This document shows, piece after piece, positions 41,280-52,862 of a stretch of DNA of 64,000 nt. The stretch lies in NCBI RefSeq assembly GCF_009914755.1, contig NC_060932.1; one strand, 5' to 3'. A program made the position numbers and the translations under genes. This DNA is from the human T2T-CHM13v2.0 reference genome, Homo sapiens. The notes under the pieces were generated by a model. That model did no database searches and had not been told where the DNA came from. It saw only the letters and a program-made list of their open reading frames with translations. How positions within the stretch are numbered: position 1 is the first letter of the stretch; each line of letters starts with the position of its first letter.

Positions 41280-42280
41280 CATTTTGGGAAGTTTTCCCTT
41301 TGTGATATTTGAGTTATATCACATTGGTAGTGTTTGTTTTTATGTGGCTGACCCTACTTCTGATACTCTCCTTAGTATCACCTTGGGCAACCCTTTTCGG
41401 GAAAACTTCATTAAGTAGACGTTGTCCTGGAATGTGTGAGTGCTCCTGGCTGAGAATGGGGTTTGAAGAACAGAAACAAGTACCCGGAGCCAAGAAGAAA
41501 GTCTGAATCCAGGAGGTCCCGAGCACATATGCGCACATATGCAATCACCAGATAAAGCAGGCAAGGGTTTCTTTTTTCCTGTGGAAGCATCGCAAAAAAG
41601 GTGAGTCCTAAGGGCAATTTTATAGGAGGGGGGACTTTGGCAGGAGCGTGCTAAGTCTCCGGACGAGGCAGGGAATGTGTGAGACTAGAAAAGGTGAATC
41701 ACATCCTGGAGAAAGTAAACAATTGATTTCCGTGCCCTCTATGTCCAAGCACATCGAATTAAGTTTACTCCCCTTTCTAGAAGAGGGGAAAACATGGGGA
41801 AAAGGAGGACACCTATGATCTCATAACTCTTTCCTGCCGACCCTTTTATACTACAGCCTTTCTCCTTGGCTCCAGGTACTTGTTTTTGTTCTTCCATCCC
41901 CATTTTCAGCCAGAAAATCCCTGAAGAGTTTCCTCTAAGTAGACGCATTCATACTTTAAAAAATATTGTTGATTGAACAACCACATTAGAGAAAATGAAT
42001 ATTTTTTAAGCTCAAAATTGGGTTCTTGGAAATTAAAAGAATACAAAATAATGTCCAGGAGCAATAACCCTACTAGAAGAGCCTTAGAAGCAGCCAGATG
42101 GAAGATACCTTTAGCCTGCATGCAGGGAGGAGGCACGACAGAGCCTCGCGAAGGAAGGAACAGGCGCTCATCCATCTCCTGTTCTCAGCCCGCACCACTC
42201 CATCCTGCCTGCTCGCCCTCTCCTGATTTCCCTCTCACCAGTGGCACCTTCTGGGCGTCACTCTCTATATAAAACTCATG
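41280..42280 (+). promoter_or_regulatory. Candidate promoter/first exon (donor AAG|GTGAGT at 41600/41601)
   Basis: Local rise in CpG/GC; strong consensus 5' splice site; paired GGAATG (TEAD-type) motifs; kB-like GGGAAGTTTTCCC. Confidence 0.5.
41446..41913. repeat. 60-bp inverted repeat (41446-41505 / 41854-41913), 53/60 identical
   Basis: Manual ungapped alignment; also visible as near-identical peptides EEQKQVPGAK on opposite strands in the ORF track. Confidence 0.93.
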
Positions 42281-42566
42281 CTAATTTTGTACACAGGAGG
42301 GAAACTGGCCTTTTAACAACATAAATTGGATTAAATTATTTCCCTTGCTCAAAACTATTCAGTGGCTCTCTGCCTTTAGAATGATGTTTATATCCCTCAC
42401 TGGCACCAGTGAAGCCCAGCACACGCACCTCCCCAGCACCCAGCCTCGGCTCCCTCCCTCTCTCCTCCTTTCCGAGGTGAACACATCACCTGGACTGGCT
42501 TTGATTTTGCACCTTGGAGCTTTTGTGCATAATTGTTCTCCGGTTCTTATCTTCCTCTTTTGTCAT

Positions 42567-42760
42567 TAGGGGTTGGCAAACTATGGCCCACAAACTGGTT
42601 TTGGCCTTTGCCTTGTTTTTGTAAGACCCTTGAACTAAGTAAAAATCATTTCTATGCTTCTAAAGAGTTGTAGAAAAAATATGCAGTAGACATGAAATGT
42701 GGTCTCCAAACTCCCAAATATTCACTGTCTTGCCTATTATAGCAAGTTTGTCAACTCCTA
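42567..42760. mobile_element. MER58 (C-like) hAT-Charlie MITE
   Basis: TIRs AGGGGTTGGCAAACT / AGTTTGTCAACTCCT. Confidence 0.75.
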
Positions 42761-44174
42761 TCTAAATTCATTTGTCTCTACCAATGCATTCTAGTTATGT
42801 TCTTTATATCGCATACCTCACCTTGCAATTATATTCTTCTTAGGGTCCTTAGTTATTGAAGGTCTGATTCCTTTCTACCTCTGCAAGGACAGAGGTCATC
42901 CTTGCAGAATTCTTGAGTGTACGGCTCAGTGTCTCCCACGTGTCTTGCTGCCATGAGTGCTAAATATATATTTCTGTTTCACTTCCCAGTTCAACTTCTC
43001 AGGTGTCCTTTAATGGTTGGTGCTCCTGCTCATATCACACCAGGTTAGTTACCATTTCTGTGCTTACCTTTGTGTAATTGGTCACATGTAATTTCTGCAT
43101 TAGGAAACCCAGTTCAGTTGTGGGAATAAAACTTGTACACATTCCTTTCCAGCACATGTGAATTCAGCAGTGTGACCCTGCATTTCTAGGGTTGTGCATA
43201 AGGGCTACCTATTGTGAGTTTCACAGACTTACCAGTATTCCTGTGAAGAGTCGGGAGGCTGGGCCCCGTGACGTTGCAGTTACAGCATCGCATAGGCAGG
43301 CTGGAGACCGTTCTTGTGTTTGTCTGAGCACTGATGATCTGTCTGGTTGAATCCTCTGTCACTGAAACTTAAGAGCAACAATTCTGAAATGTTAGAAATT
43401 GGATTACTGTTGATAATTGTCTTTCTATAACCATGGAAGGTCCATGTTAATAATTCTCTGCCATACTATTCAAAGATGATATCTGTTTAAGCATACATTA
43501 TAAAAGTCAGATTTGTTCAACAGAGAATTTATTAATTTGTTACTTTCTCTGAGCAAATGTGACTGCACATTGGTTTAAATATTTACAAATGTAGGTGAAT
43601 GAGCAGCAGAAGAAGGCAAAATTAAAGCCAAATAGGACACATGCTTTTGAAGAAAGATAGGGTTTCATGGACTTTGTTGTTGTATGAGTAATAATGCAGT
43701 ACAGAAAATGTGATATGTTCACACTGTGCTTCTCATATTCACTGATTGAAAAGGGACAGTTCCATTTTCTGCAGTGCAAAACCAAGTCATTCTTATTAAA
43801 AGGTCACAGGAAACTGAGGAGAAATGTCAGGCACACAGACTGACCTATTCAGAATATAATCAAGCTTGCTTTAAAAAGACAACATCTACATTATGAAGGG
43901 GAGAGATGTGATTGTATTCTGTGTGCCTTCGTAATGCAGTTAGTGCCGATAAGACCTGAGACAATCTTGCCCTTCAGAAAATGAGTGTTTGTGGTGGGTG
44001 TGGGTGGGTCAGAGGGAACCTCATGCTGTAATGTGGCTGAGCTCATTTCTTCAGCCACTGTTTCCTTTCAAATTATTGAACCTACCATTTCGTTACAAGA
44101 TGAATTTCTTTTTTTACTTCCAAGATAACTTTGCTTCACTTTCATTTTCCCTTAGATTAATTACTTTCATAAAG

Positions 44175-44338
44175 GGTTGATGAAAGTGGTCCCATGGATC
44201 CAGTGGCAGATTGACAACCACGCATTCCGGTCCTCTGTTTGCCCAGAGACTAAATGCGGTGCAGAGGTACCATTTCTGCAGCGCATCCTGCCATATTCTC
44301 CCATTCCGTTTGAAGAGACCAGCTGTAGAGGCAAGATG
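44175..44338 (+). other. Candidate internal exon of an unidentified transcript
   Basis: Long pyrimidine tract with AG at 44154-55 or 44173-74; GC/CpG-richer body; donor ATG|GTAATT; one open frame. Confidence 0.5.
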
Positions 44339-45192
44339 GTAATTCCATTTTCATGCCAGTTCATCCTTGGCCTCTATCCAGATTTCTAGTATTTAGGGCT
44401 TGATTTTGCTGGCTGCCTCATTCCTTGTGTGCACAGAGCTCCCATTTACTTCATTATAATAAACAGAATGATGATAAACTTCAATGGTAAACAGAAGGGT
44501 TCTTTACTTCAGTGGGAATTCTGCATGTATGAAGAGATATGGTCCAGTAAAATCAACTCATCTCATATCAAATAAATAAGCAGAACAGTGTCTGCAATGC
44601 CAAGTTGGTGTCATGTGACATATGTCTAAGAGAATGTGAACACTAGAGACTCCACTCCTGTGGTTACCAAATTACCATCTGATGGTTCATACTTGATTTC
44701 TTCAGTCTCCTGGTTGGAAATCTTCAGCTGGTTATATTTTCTTCTGACTGGTATGGCTCTTTCAGCTGATGTATAGTAGCAGATATTATTATTATTTTTT
44801 TCCTTGTGAAGATGGATAACAAATGGGGCCACCTGAAGCAAGTAGTTTATGGAATTTTAAATATTTGTTATTTCTTCATTGGTTCAAATGTGCATGGCCA
44901 ACAATCTGGTATATATTTCCTCCTAAGGTGGCAATGTAGCAAACTGACATCATGTGGATGGTGCTGCCTGGTTAAGTATTCAGGGTTCTAACCAAGAGGC
45001 TTATTTAGGCATGCATAATTAGTTGAGTCAAAAACTTTAGCATGTACTTTTGATTGTTAACTCTCTATAAAGTAGTATTTTATTCAAATAACAAAATGAC
45101 CTTTGCTAAAATTATTCATTTATGGTATTTAAAATGAGAATATCCAAACTGGAGTATAATATAAAGAAAAAAAAGAACCCAGGTACAGTTAG

Positions 45193-45517
<325 letters not shown>

Positions 45518-47253
45518 ACTAATGGTGGAATCTTGTTAGTTAAATTGGATTTGTTTAGATTTATTTTCCCACAAAGATTGAATAAACTTGGCTTACTGTA
45601 TATTTTTCTCAGCTTAGATAAATCTTCAATAGCTTCTATTAGCATCTATGGGTAATAAACTATTCCATGGATTTTTTTTTTTTCTGTTAAGAAGTTTTCC
45701 TTTTAAAATTTACTTCCTTTTTCCCTCTAATAAGAGAAACCTGACAACTTTCTATGTACAACCATTAAGGGAAAACTTTTTGCCTTTAGGTTTCTTTACT
45801 TTCTGCTTTCTCTCTTTTCTTAAACATTTTAATACTTTTTTCCCTTATGTTTCTTAGTAGCTAGCTTCTTTGTCTTCTTTTAAAAATACTTTAAAAAATT
45901 TCCCGTAAGTATTGTTGCTATCTTCCCCTTTGTGGTAGACTGATTAATCTAAATGTCACTGGATTATTTATTAGCAGACTAAAATTTTATGGATGGTTTG
46001 CAGCTGGGCCTCTGGCACAGATTACATTTTTAGAAAAAAAAACCCTATTTTTATTTTCTTAGTATTTAGTTTATAAACACACATCTGAATAGGTTTTAAC
46101 AAAGCATTTTTTCCAAGAAATACAAAGGGATTTCTCTGCAAAACTATTGTGTGGCCTAGATTCAAAGGCTCCATTAAAAGTAGCAAGACTATAAATAAAT
46201 GAGTCATAAACAGATATTTCCATTTTTTATTATATACTTTGTAAGCTACAACTAGGTGGGAGAAGTAAAATACTGCTGAGTAAACCTTAAGAGAAATAAC
46301 TTGGAAATTGGAGTTTTAAGAAAATTGGTATACTTTTCAAGACAAACTTTTTTGCCCATTTATTGGCCTATTTTTCAAGAAAAATTTCACTTAAGAAGGC
46401 AAAAAAAAAACATTGAGAGACATATGGTCCTTTCCCTGTAGCTAAAAATGAAACAAACTGAAAGAAAAAATGGAAGAAGAGTGAAAATATTTTGTCACCT
46501 CAGATGATTAACATCATAATTTTTGGTATAATTCTTTATGCCATTTCAAAGCACTATCACAATTGTTTTATTATGTTCCACATTGCCACTATAAAGTCAA
46601 ACATGAAAAAAAGTCATAAATACAACAATTTGCCGTGTCTGTGTGTGAGTGTTGTTTTGGCAAAATAAGTTCGTCAAATGACCACCTGGAAAGGTGAGAC
46701 ACAAACAGGGATGATGACTCACTGCAAAAACAACAACGAACTCACGTACATTAATGTTTTAAAGTCTCCAATTTCCAAAAATTGTTTGGACAATTCATGG
46801 TATTGTTTGGACATTCATTATGTTGTTTATAATAGTGAAACGAAAAATGGAAAACTAGATGTTCAACATCAGAGAAGTGATCGAGGAAATTAGGGTATAT
46901 CCTCTGGATGTAACAGCACGTAGCCATTAGCCCAGGACTCGTGGAGAGTTTGTCATCACAGGGCAGATGCTTGTTCTGATCAGAGAAAAGGCGGATGCAA
47001 AATATCTGCAGGGAGATGCACAGTGAAGTGTTACTGTAAGCAAAGCATGTGGAAATGAAAAAGAAGCATTTGAATCTGAATGGGATTTGGGGGAAAGGTT
47101 CTCCATAAGCCAGTGTTTCAACCAATACAGGGTGGAAATAGAAGCAGAGGAGTTCAGAGCTATGTGAAATTAATCGATCATCTCTTTTGTCATTTTAAAT
47201 AAATCATATGTCCCTGGATGCCTTGATTTTTCCTCATTTTGAGTTTCATTTTT

Positions 47254-47528
47254 TTAAATCTTTTTTTTATTATACTTTAAGTTCTAGGGTGCATGTGCAC
47301 AACGTTCAGGTTTGTTACATATGTATACATGTGCCATGTTGGTGTGCTGCACCCATTAACTTGTCACTTACATTAAGTATATCTCCTAATGCTATCCCTC
47401 CCCCTTCCCCCCACCCCACGACAGGCCCCGGTGTGTGATGTTCCCCTTCCTGTGTCCAAGTGTTCTCATTGTTCAATTCCCACCTATGAGGGAGAACATG
47501 CGGAGTTTGCTTTCTGTCCTTGCAATAG
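47254..47528 (-). mobile_element. Short 3' fragment of a young L1PA (PA3-5-like)
   Basis: TTATTATACTTTAAGTTCTAGGGT.. 3'UTR; TSD TTTGAG(T/C)TTCATTTTT at 47238-47253 and 47529-47544. Confidence 0.92.
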
Positions 47529-47679
47529 TTTGAGCTTCATTTTTAAAAACTCATTTTTAAGAGAAATAGTACAATTTGATAGAAAAGTAGCACCTGAAGG
47601 AAAGGTACTATAAAATACATATTGCTGTATATTTTGTTTTCCATGTTTGTATTTCTATTACTTAATGAGAAAAAAAAAG

Positions 47680-48030
47680 GTCTGTGAACTCTGGCTCTAA
47701 GTGTCAACTCTGTGAGTTTTTCGAAGTCCCTTCCCCTAAGGAAGCCTCAGTTTCCAAATCTGTAAATAATCATTATTATTATTTAGTAATAATGCAAACA
47801 CTAAATAGAGTTCATTGTATGCCAGGCACTGTTTCAAGTGCTTTTTTTTTTGACAGTTTAAACTAGATTAATCCTCATATAACCCTGTAGCAGTATTAAT
47901 ATTATCTCTCTATGCATGATGGGGAAACTGAGGCAGAGGACAGTTAAGTAATTTACTGGTACTGGGAGACATGGGATTATAATTCAGGCAATATGGCTTC
48001 GGAATCTCTTCTCTCAAACTCTTCAGTCTT
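47680..48030. mobile_element. Two MIRs in opposite orientation (+ ~47680-47780, - ~47790-48030)
   Basis: GCCTCAGTTTCC..ATCTGTAAA versus GATGGGGAAACTGAGGC..GTTAAGTAA. Confidence 0.7.
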
Positions 48031-50479
48031 CTGCTACTCACTAATTATAATAATGCTATAATGATAATAATATTACAGAAATATGAAAATAATGATAGCA
48101 CAATGACATAATAATGTTGCCTGAGAACACTAATTGGTGTGACCACGTGCTATGCTCTGTAAATTTTCTCCCATAATCCTAATCCTAATTCTTTTTCCGG
48201 GAACGGTGAGCAGTGACTGTTGTGCATACCTGCTGTTTTCTGTATCAGGGAGCTGAGAAACCCATGGTCACACAGAGACTGGATTCAAACCAGGGTGAGT
48301 TTCTCTGCAAGTGGGGGTGCACCCCACTTAACAAATGCATCCCAGTAGGAAGAGGGAATTTTCCAGGTGCTCTCTAGACTCATTGCCAGCTCTCCTTGCT
48401 GCGATTTTCTGCTAGGAACGTCTTGCAAAGACAAACTGAGAGCACCTCTGGCTCTGGCTGAGCAGAGAGCTTGTTTGTTGACTGCAGTTAAGGGTGGATC
48501 TTCATAACAAGATGGAGGAAATCTGCTGCAGTAATGACAAATTAAACATTACAAGGCACAGTTTCAATATTATTTCATTCTAATTAATGTGGGGGAATCA
48601 ATCTTATAAAAGTTATGGTGTGTTTCCGGTGCCTAAGCAAAGTGTGTGGCCGAGTAGGCACTCAAGGAATGTTTGAAGAGTGAATAAATATTAAGATAGA
48701 AAAGTACTTCCTTCTACTCACTGGCTCTTTCCATGTACTCCTCTCAGTTGGTAGACATTTGTTAAGTCATTAGTACTGTGACTCACTTCTAGTAGGATTG
48801 TACGTCCTATTGAAATCCAGCCACATCAAGGGACTAATGTATTCTAAGGAGATGGAATCCAAGGAGGAAAGAGCTGTTTCTCAGCATTTAGCTTCTCCAC
48901 TAAAGCCATGGGATCTACCCCTTTCCTTCTTGCCATGAATACTCATTAGCAAAGCTAGAGCCTTCAAATGCTCAGTGTTTGAGAAATATACCTTAAGATA
49001 ATCTATCTCTAAGAACAGAATTTTGTAATAGTGTTGCACAAGCCCCTTGAAAGGAAGACTCTTTCTTCAGTGATATTGTGAGGCTGATCTCATCAGCTCT
49101 GAAAGCAGGCATTTCTTTGCCTTCTGTAGAGAGTGTAGGAGTGAAATAATACTGAAAAATAAAATTCATCCCCAAAGTATTCTATATGTACCATAAGGGT
49201 GAGGTAGTGATGTTAACTCTCTGGAGATGAAGCTATTTTTGTGCAACTTATTATGTGTACTTATGCCTGCAAAAAAAAAGATAGAGAAATGTCTGTATTT
49301 CTTACGTGGTGTTCCTTTTAATATTTTATAGTATTTAGTTACAATGAAAATAAATATTCAACATTAATGGAAGTCAGTAGAAATTCTGTTTATAAGAGTC
49401 TATTAATATACCACTTGGGAGGTTAGGGAATAGAGATGTGTTGAGTGGAAACACAGTAATTAAGTGGCTTCAATGTGACCATGTAGTTAAATTAGGATTA
49501 AGAAGCATAGCAACAACAACAAAAAAATCCATAAAGACTTTTTTTCGTGTACCTGAAAATAACTGGATACAAAGAGCATAATGTATCTGTTATTAATGAA
49601 TGAATTTATGCTCTATTATTTGAACCTCTAATGGCATTTCACTGTAGCAACAGACCCTGGAATCTGTCCTCCGAGAATATCTGAGATGAATGCTTAAAAA
49701 ATGAAACTATTTTGACTTCAGTAATCTAATGTGTCTGGCCTAAAATCTCGGTTTTTCACTTGAACATTTGAATTCCTATTTTTCACACATTTTCCAGCTC
49801 CATTTTACTGTTCTTGAATTGTGGCCACTAGAACTATGTGAAATTTCACAGGCACAAATGCACCAGGATTTGTTTTATTTCAATACCCTCTAAGATGACA
49901 CTGACCATTTGTTTGCCTTTTGAGTTGCAAAGGTACCAAAAATACTGGCATCCTTCCCAGGAAGGTATCATTTTATTGTCAGTATAGCCTCTCTATAGAG
50001 GAATTGAGATGCTTAGTGTTGGCTGATGGTACCCTGTCCCAGAATGAGAGTAGCTCCACACTGGTGGGAAATTGCAAAGACCTTTGATCAAGTACAATGG
50101 CTCATTGAATTGCCTGGGGAGCTTTAAAATCTGCTACCCAGCAAAAGGCATGGAGGAATTATATAATGCTTACCAAAACCCAGCTTTCGGTACACCAACG
50201 AGGCTTGTATTTTGTGATGGGACCTGGGAGGAATTAGAGTTGAAGTATGCCAGTGGATAGAGCCTCCAGAGAATCTCATGAAGAGTAATAATGTTAGCAA
50301 CCTTTTACTTGAGTATTTCCAATGTCCTAGTTACATTGTATCTATCTATCTACCTACCTACCTGTTTATCTATATGTATATGTATGTGTGCTTTGTGTGT
50401 TTCTATATATGGTCTGATTTCCCACCTGTAAAGGGTAGCATGATAACATATCAGGCAAATCAGATAAGCCTGCCTGACG

Positions 50480-50620
50480 TATTATCATAGTACCCTTTAC
50501 AGGTGGGAAAACGTAGTTTGGAAAGTTTCAATAATTTGCACTATTAAGCTGCCAGACAAAAGTTTGAAGATTTGAATTCAGGTCTGCCAATTGCACAGAG
50601 CATGTGCTTTTTCACTGTAT
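50480..50620 (-). mobile_element. MIR fragment
   Basis: TTTACAGGTGGGAAAAC..GATTTGAATTCAGGTCTG. Confidence 0.55.
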
Positions 50621-51139
50621 CTAAGTGAGCCACACATGTTAGACACTGCAGCACCAAACTTGAGTCTTAGGTATTAAAACCATCAATTACTAATCAATAG
50701 ACAGCAGGCAATCACTATAGTTCTTCATACACATGATTACATATATATATATAACCTATCTACAGGTCAATCACAATCACAAATTGTTATTTGGGAGATG
50801 AAAGCCAATTGCTCTCAGTGGAGATGGAACAGAAGCCTCTAAAGTGATTGGCCTTCTCTTCATTGGTGTGTGCCTAAGGGCTGAGTGCACAGAGGTCCTT
50901 GAACCAAATTCCAGAAACTAGAATCTATCAGGGGATCATAGAAGGTTTCTGTGGTGATCTGAGAGTCCCGAATGAAAGTTTTAAATATGCTGTGCTTCTA
51001 TCTCAGTGAATATCTAAACATTGAACTATTCTGGGTCATCTATAATATGGGTATTATAGAGCACAACCGTGATTTCAACACACATGTGTTTATGATTAAA
51101 TTGGTGTCAAGCACTCAACCTAAAGTAACCATATTACAT

Positions 51140-51640
51140 TTTTTGAAAAACATTGCTTTAGAACAGATTTAGATCTTCATAAAATTGAAAAGAGAGTACA
51201 GAACTGCCATATACCCTTCACCCAGTTTCCCCAATGAATAATAACAGCTTGCGGTAGTATGGTACATTTGTTAACAACTAATGGACAATATTGATACATT
51301 GTTATGTTTATACTTTATTCAAATTTCCTTAGTTTTTACCTAAGGTTCTTTTTCTCTTCCAACATCCCCTCCAGGTTACCACAATCACATTAGTTATTGC
51401 ATCTCCTAGGTCCTTCTTGGCTATGACAAGTGATCAAACTTTTCTTAATTTTTGATGAGCTGACAGTTTTGAGGAGTTTTTGGTCAGGTATTCTGTAGAA
51501 TGTGCTTTAACTGGTATTTGTCTGGTCCTATTCCTATGATTAGTCTGGGTTTATGTGTTTTCAGAAGGAAGATCAGAGAAATAAAATGCCATTTTTAAGT
51601 CTTTTTTTATTGTATGTGTTGAAGGTATTCAATATGAGGT

Positions 51641-51708
<68 letters not shown>

Positions 51709-51774
51709 ATATGCATACACAGAGTGATATGATTACTGTGGTCAGGCAAATTAATATATCCATCACCTTTATAG

Positions 51775-51811
<37 letters not shown>

Positions 51812-52862
51812 TGTGTGGTGTGGTAAGAGCACCTAAAATCTACTCTTTACACATTTTTAGTATCCAATACAGTATTATTACCCACAGTCCTCATGCAGCA
51901 CATGAGATCACTAAACTTACTCATCTTACATAATAGCAAGTTGACCTACTTCTCCCCATTTTTTTCCTCCTCCCCATCCCTGGTATCTACCATTCTACTC
52001 TCTATTTTTTGAATTCATCTTTTTTCTTGGAGTCCGTATATAGGTGAGTCATGCAGTATTCTTCTTTCTGTGTCTGGCTTATTTCAATTTATCACATCGT
52101 ATCAAGGGTACATATTGTCAACATGACCAATCACTGTTGCTGTTGACTTTGATCTCCTGGCTCATATAGTGTTTGTCAGGTTTCTCTGCTATAAAGTTAT
52201 TCTATTTTTTTCCCTTTCCAGGCTGTACTTTTTGGAAGGAAGTCGATATATTGAGCCCACATTTAAGGAGTGGGGAGTTATGCTCCATCTCCTTGAGGCC
52301 AGAGTATTCACATAAATTATCTGGAAATCTGTCTCTTCTCCCCTATTTACTTACTTATTTAATTACTGTGATTATATTAATATGCATATACAAATATTTA
52401 TTTCATAGCTTATAATTCTATATTGTTCGATTTTGTTGCTTAAATTGTTCCAGATTTGGCCATTGGGAACTCTTTCAGTTGATTCCCAGGATGCTTTGAC
52501 ATACTTCTATGTTCATTTATTCGAGAATGGTATTAGAAAGCAAGATCTGGACTCTTCCAGATCTGCTGGTGTGCTCCTTCCTTCTGGGGTATCATTGATT
52601 CTGAGCCCTCTTAGCTTACAGGGCAAGAAAATAATGTGTGTACATATTAACTTGTGTATATACCGGTATCTATAAATATATCCATGTGTACCCATCTGTA
52701 TCTATATTAACCTAAGCATGAGTTCATGCTGATGTCCTCAACTTTAATCCATTGCCACTTGGGTAATTGTAGCCTCCTACCTTGCTTATCTGTTAACTCC
52801 CACTTCAACAGTGAGAACCTGGCTCCCACCAGCTGCCATCCATTTACTTAATTATTCAATTA
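51140..52862 (-). mobile_element. L1MC3-like 3'UTR, interrupted by L1MA9
   Basis: CATATACCCTTCACCCAGTTTCCCC..; GACAGTTTTGAGGAG..GGTCAGGTATTCTGTAGAATG; resumes at ~52092. Confidence 0.7.
51600..52091 (-). mobile_element. L1MA9-like 3' end with (TA)n(CA)n and (TG)n microsatellites
   Basis: GTGGTAAGAGCACCTAAAATCTACTCT and AAATTAATATATCCATCACCT. Confidence 0.75.

Noticed and set aside
41309-41948. Paralogous small proteins (..EEQKQVPGAK..) on opposite strands
   Set aside because: By-product of the DNA inverted repeat; no evidence of coding function
44176-44260. C/D-box snoRNA (TGATGA)
   Set aside because: No suitably placed D box (CTGA) or terminal stem
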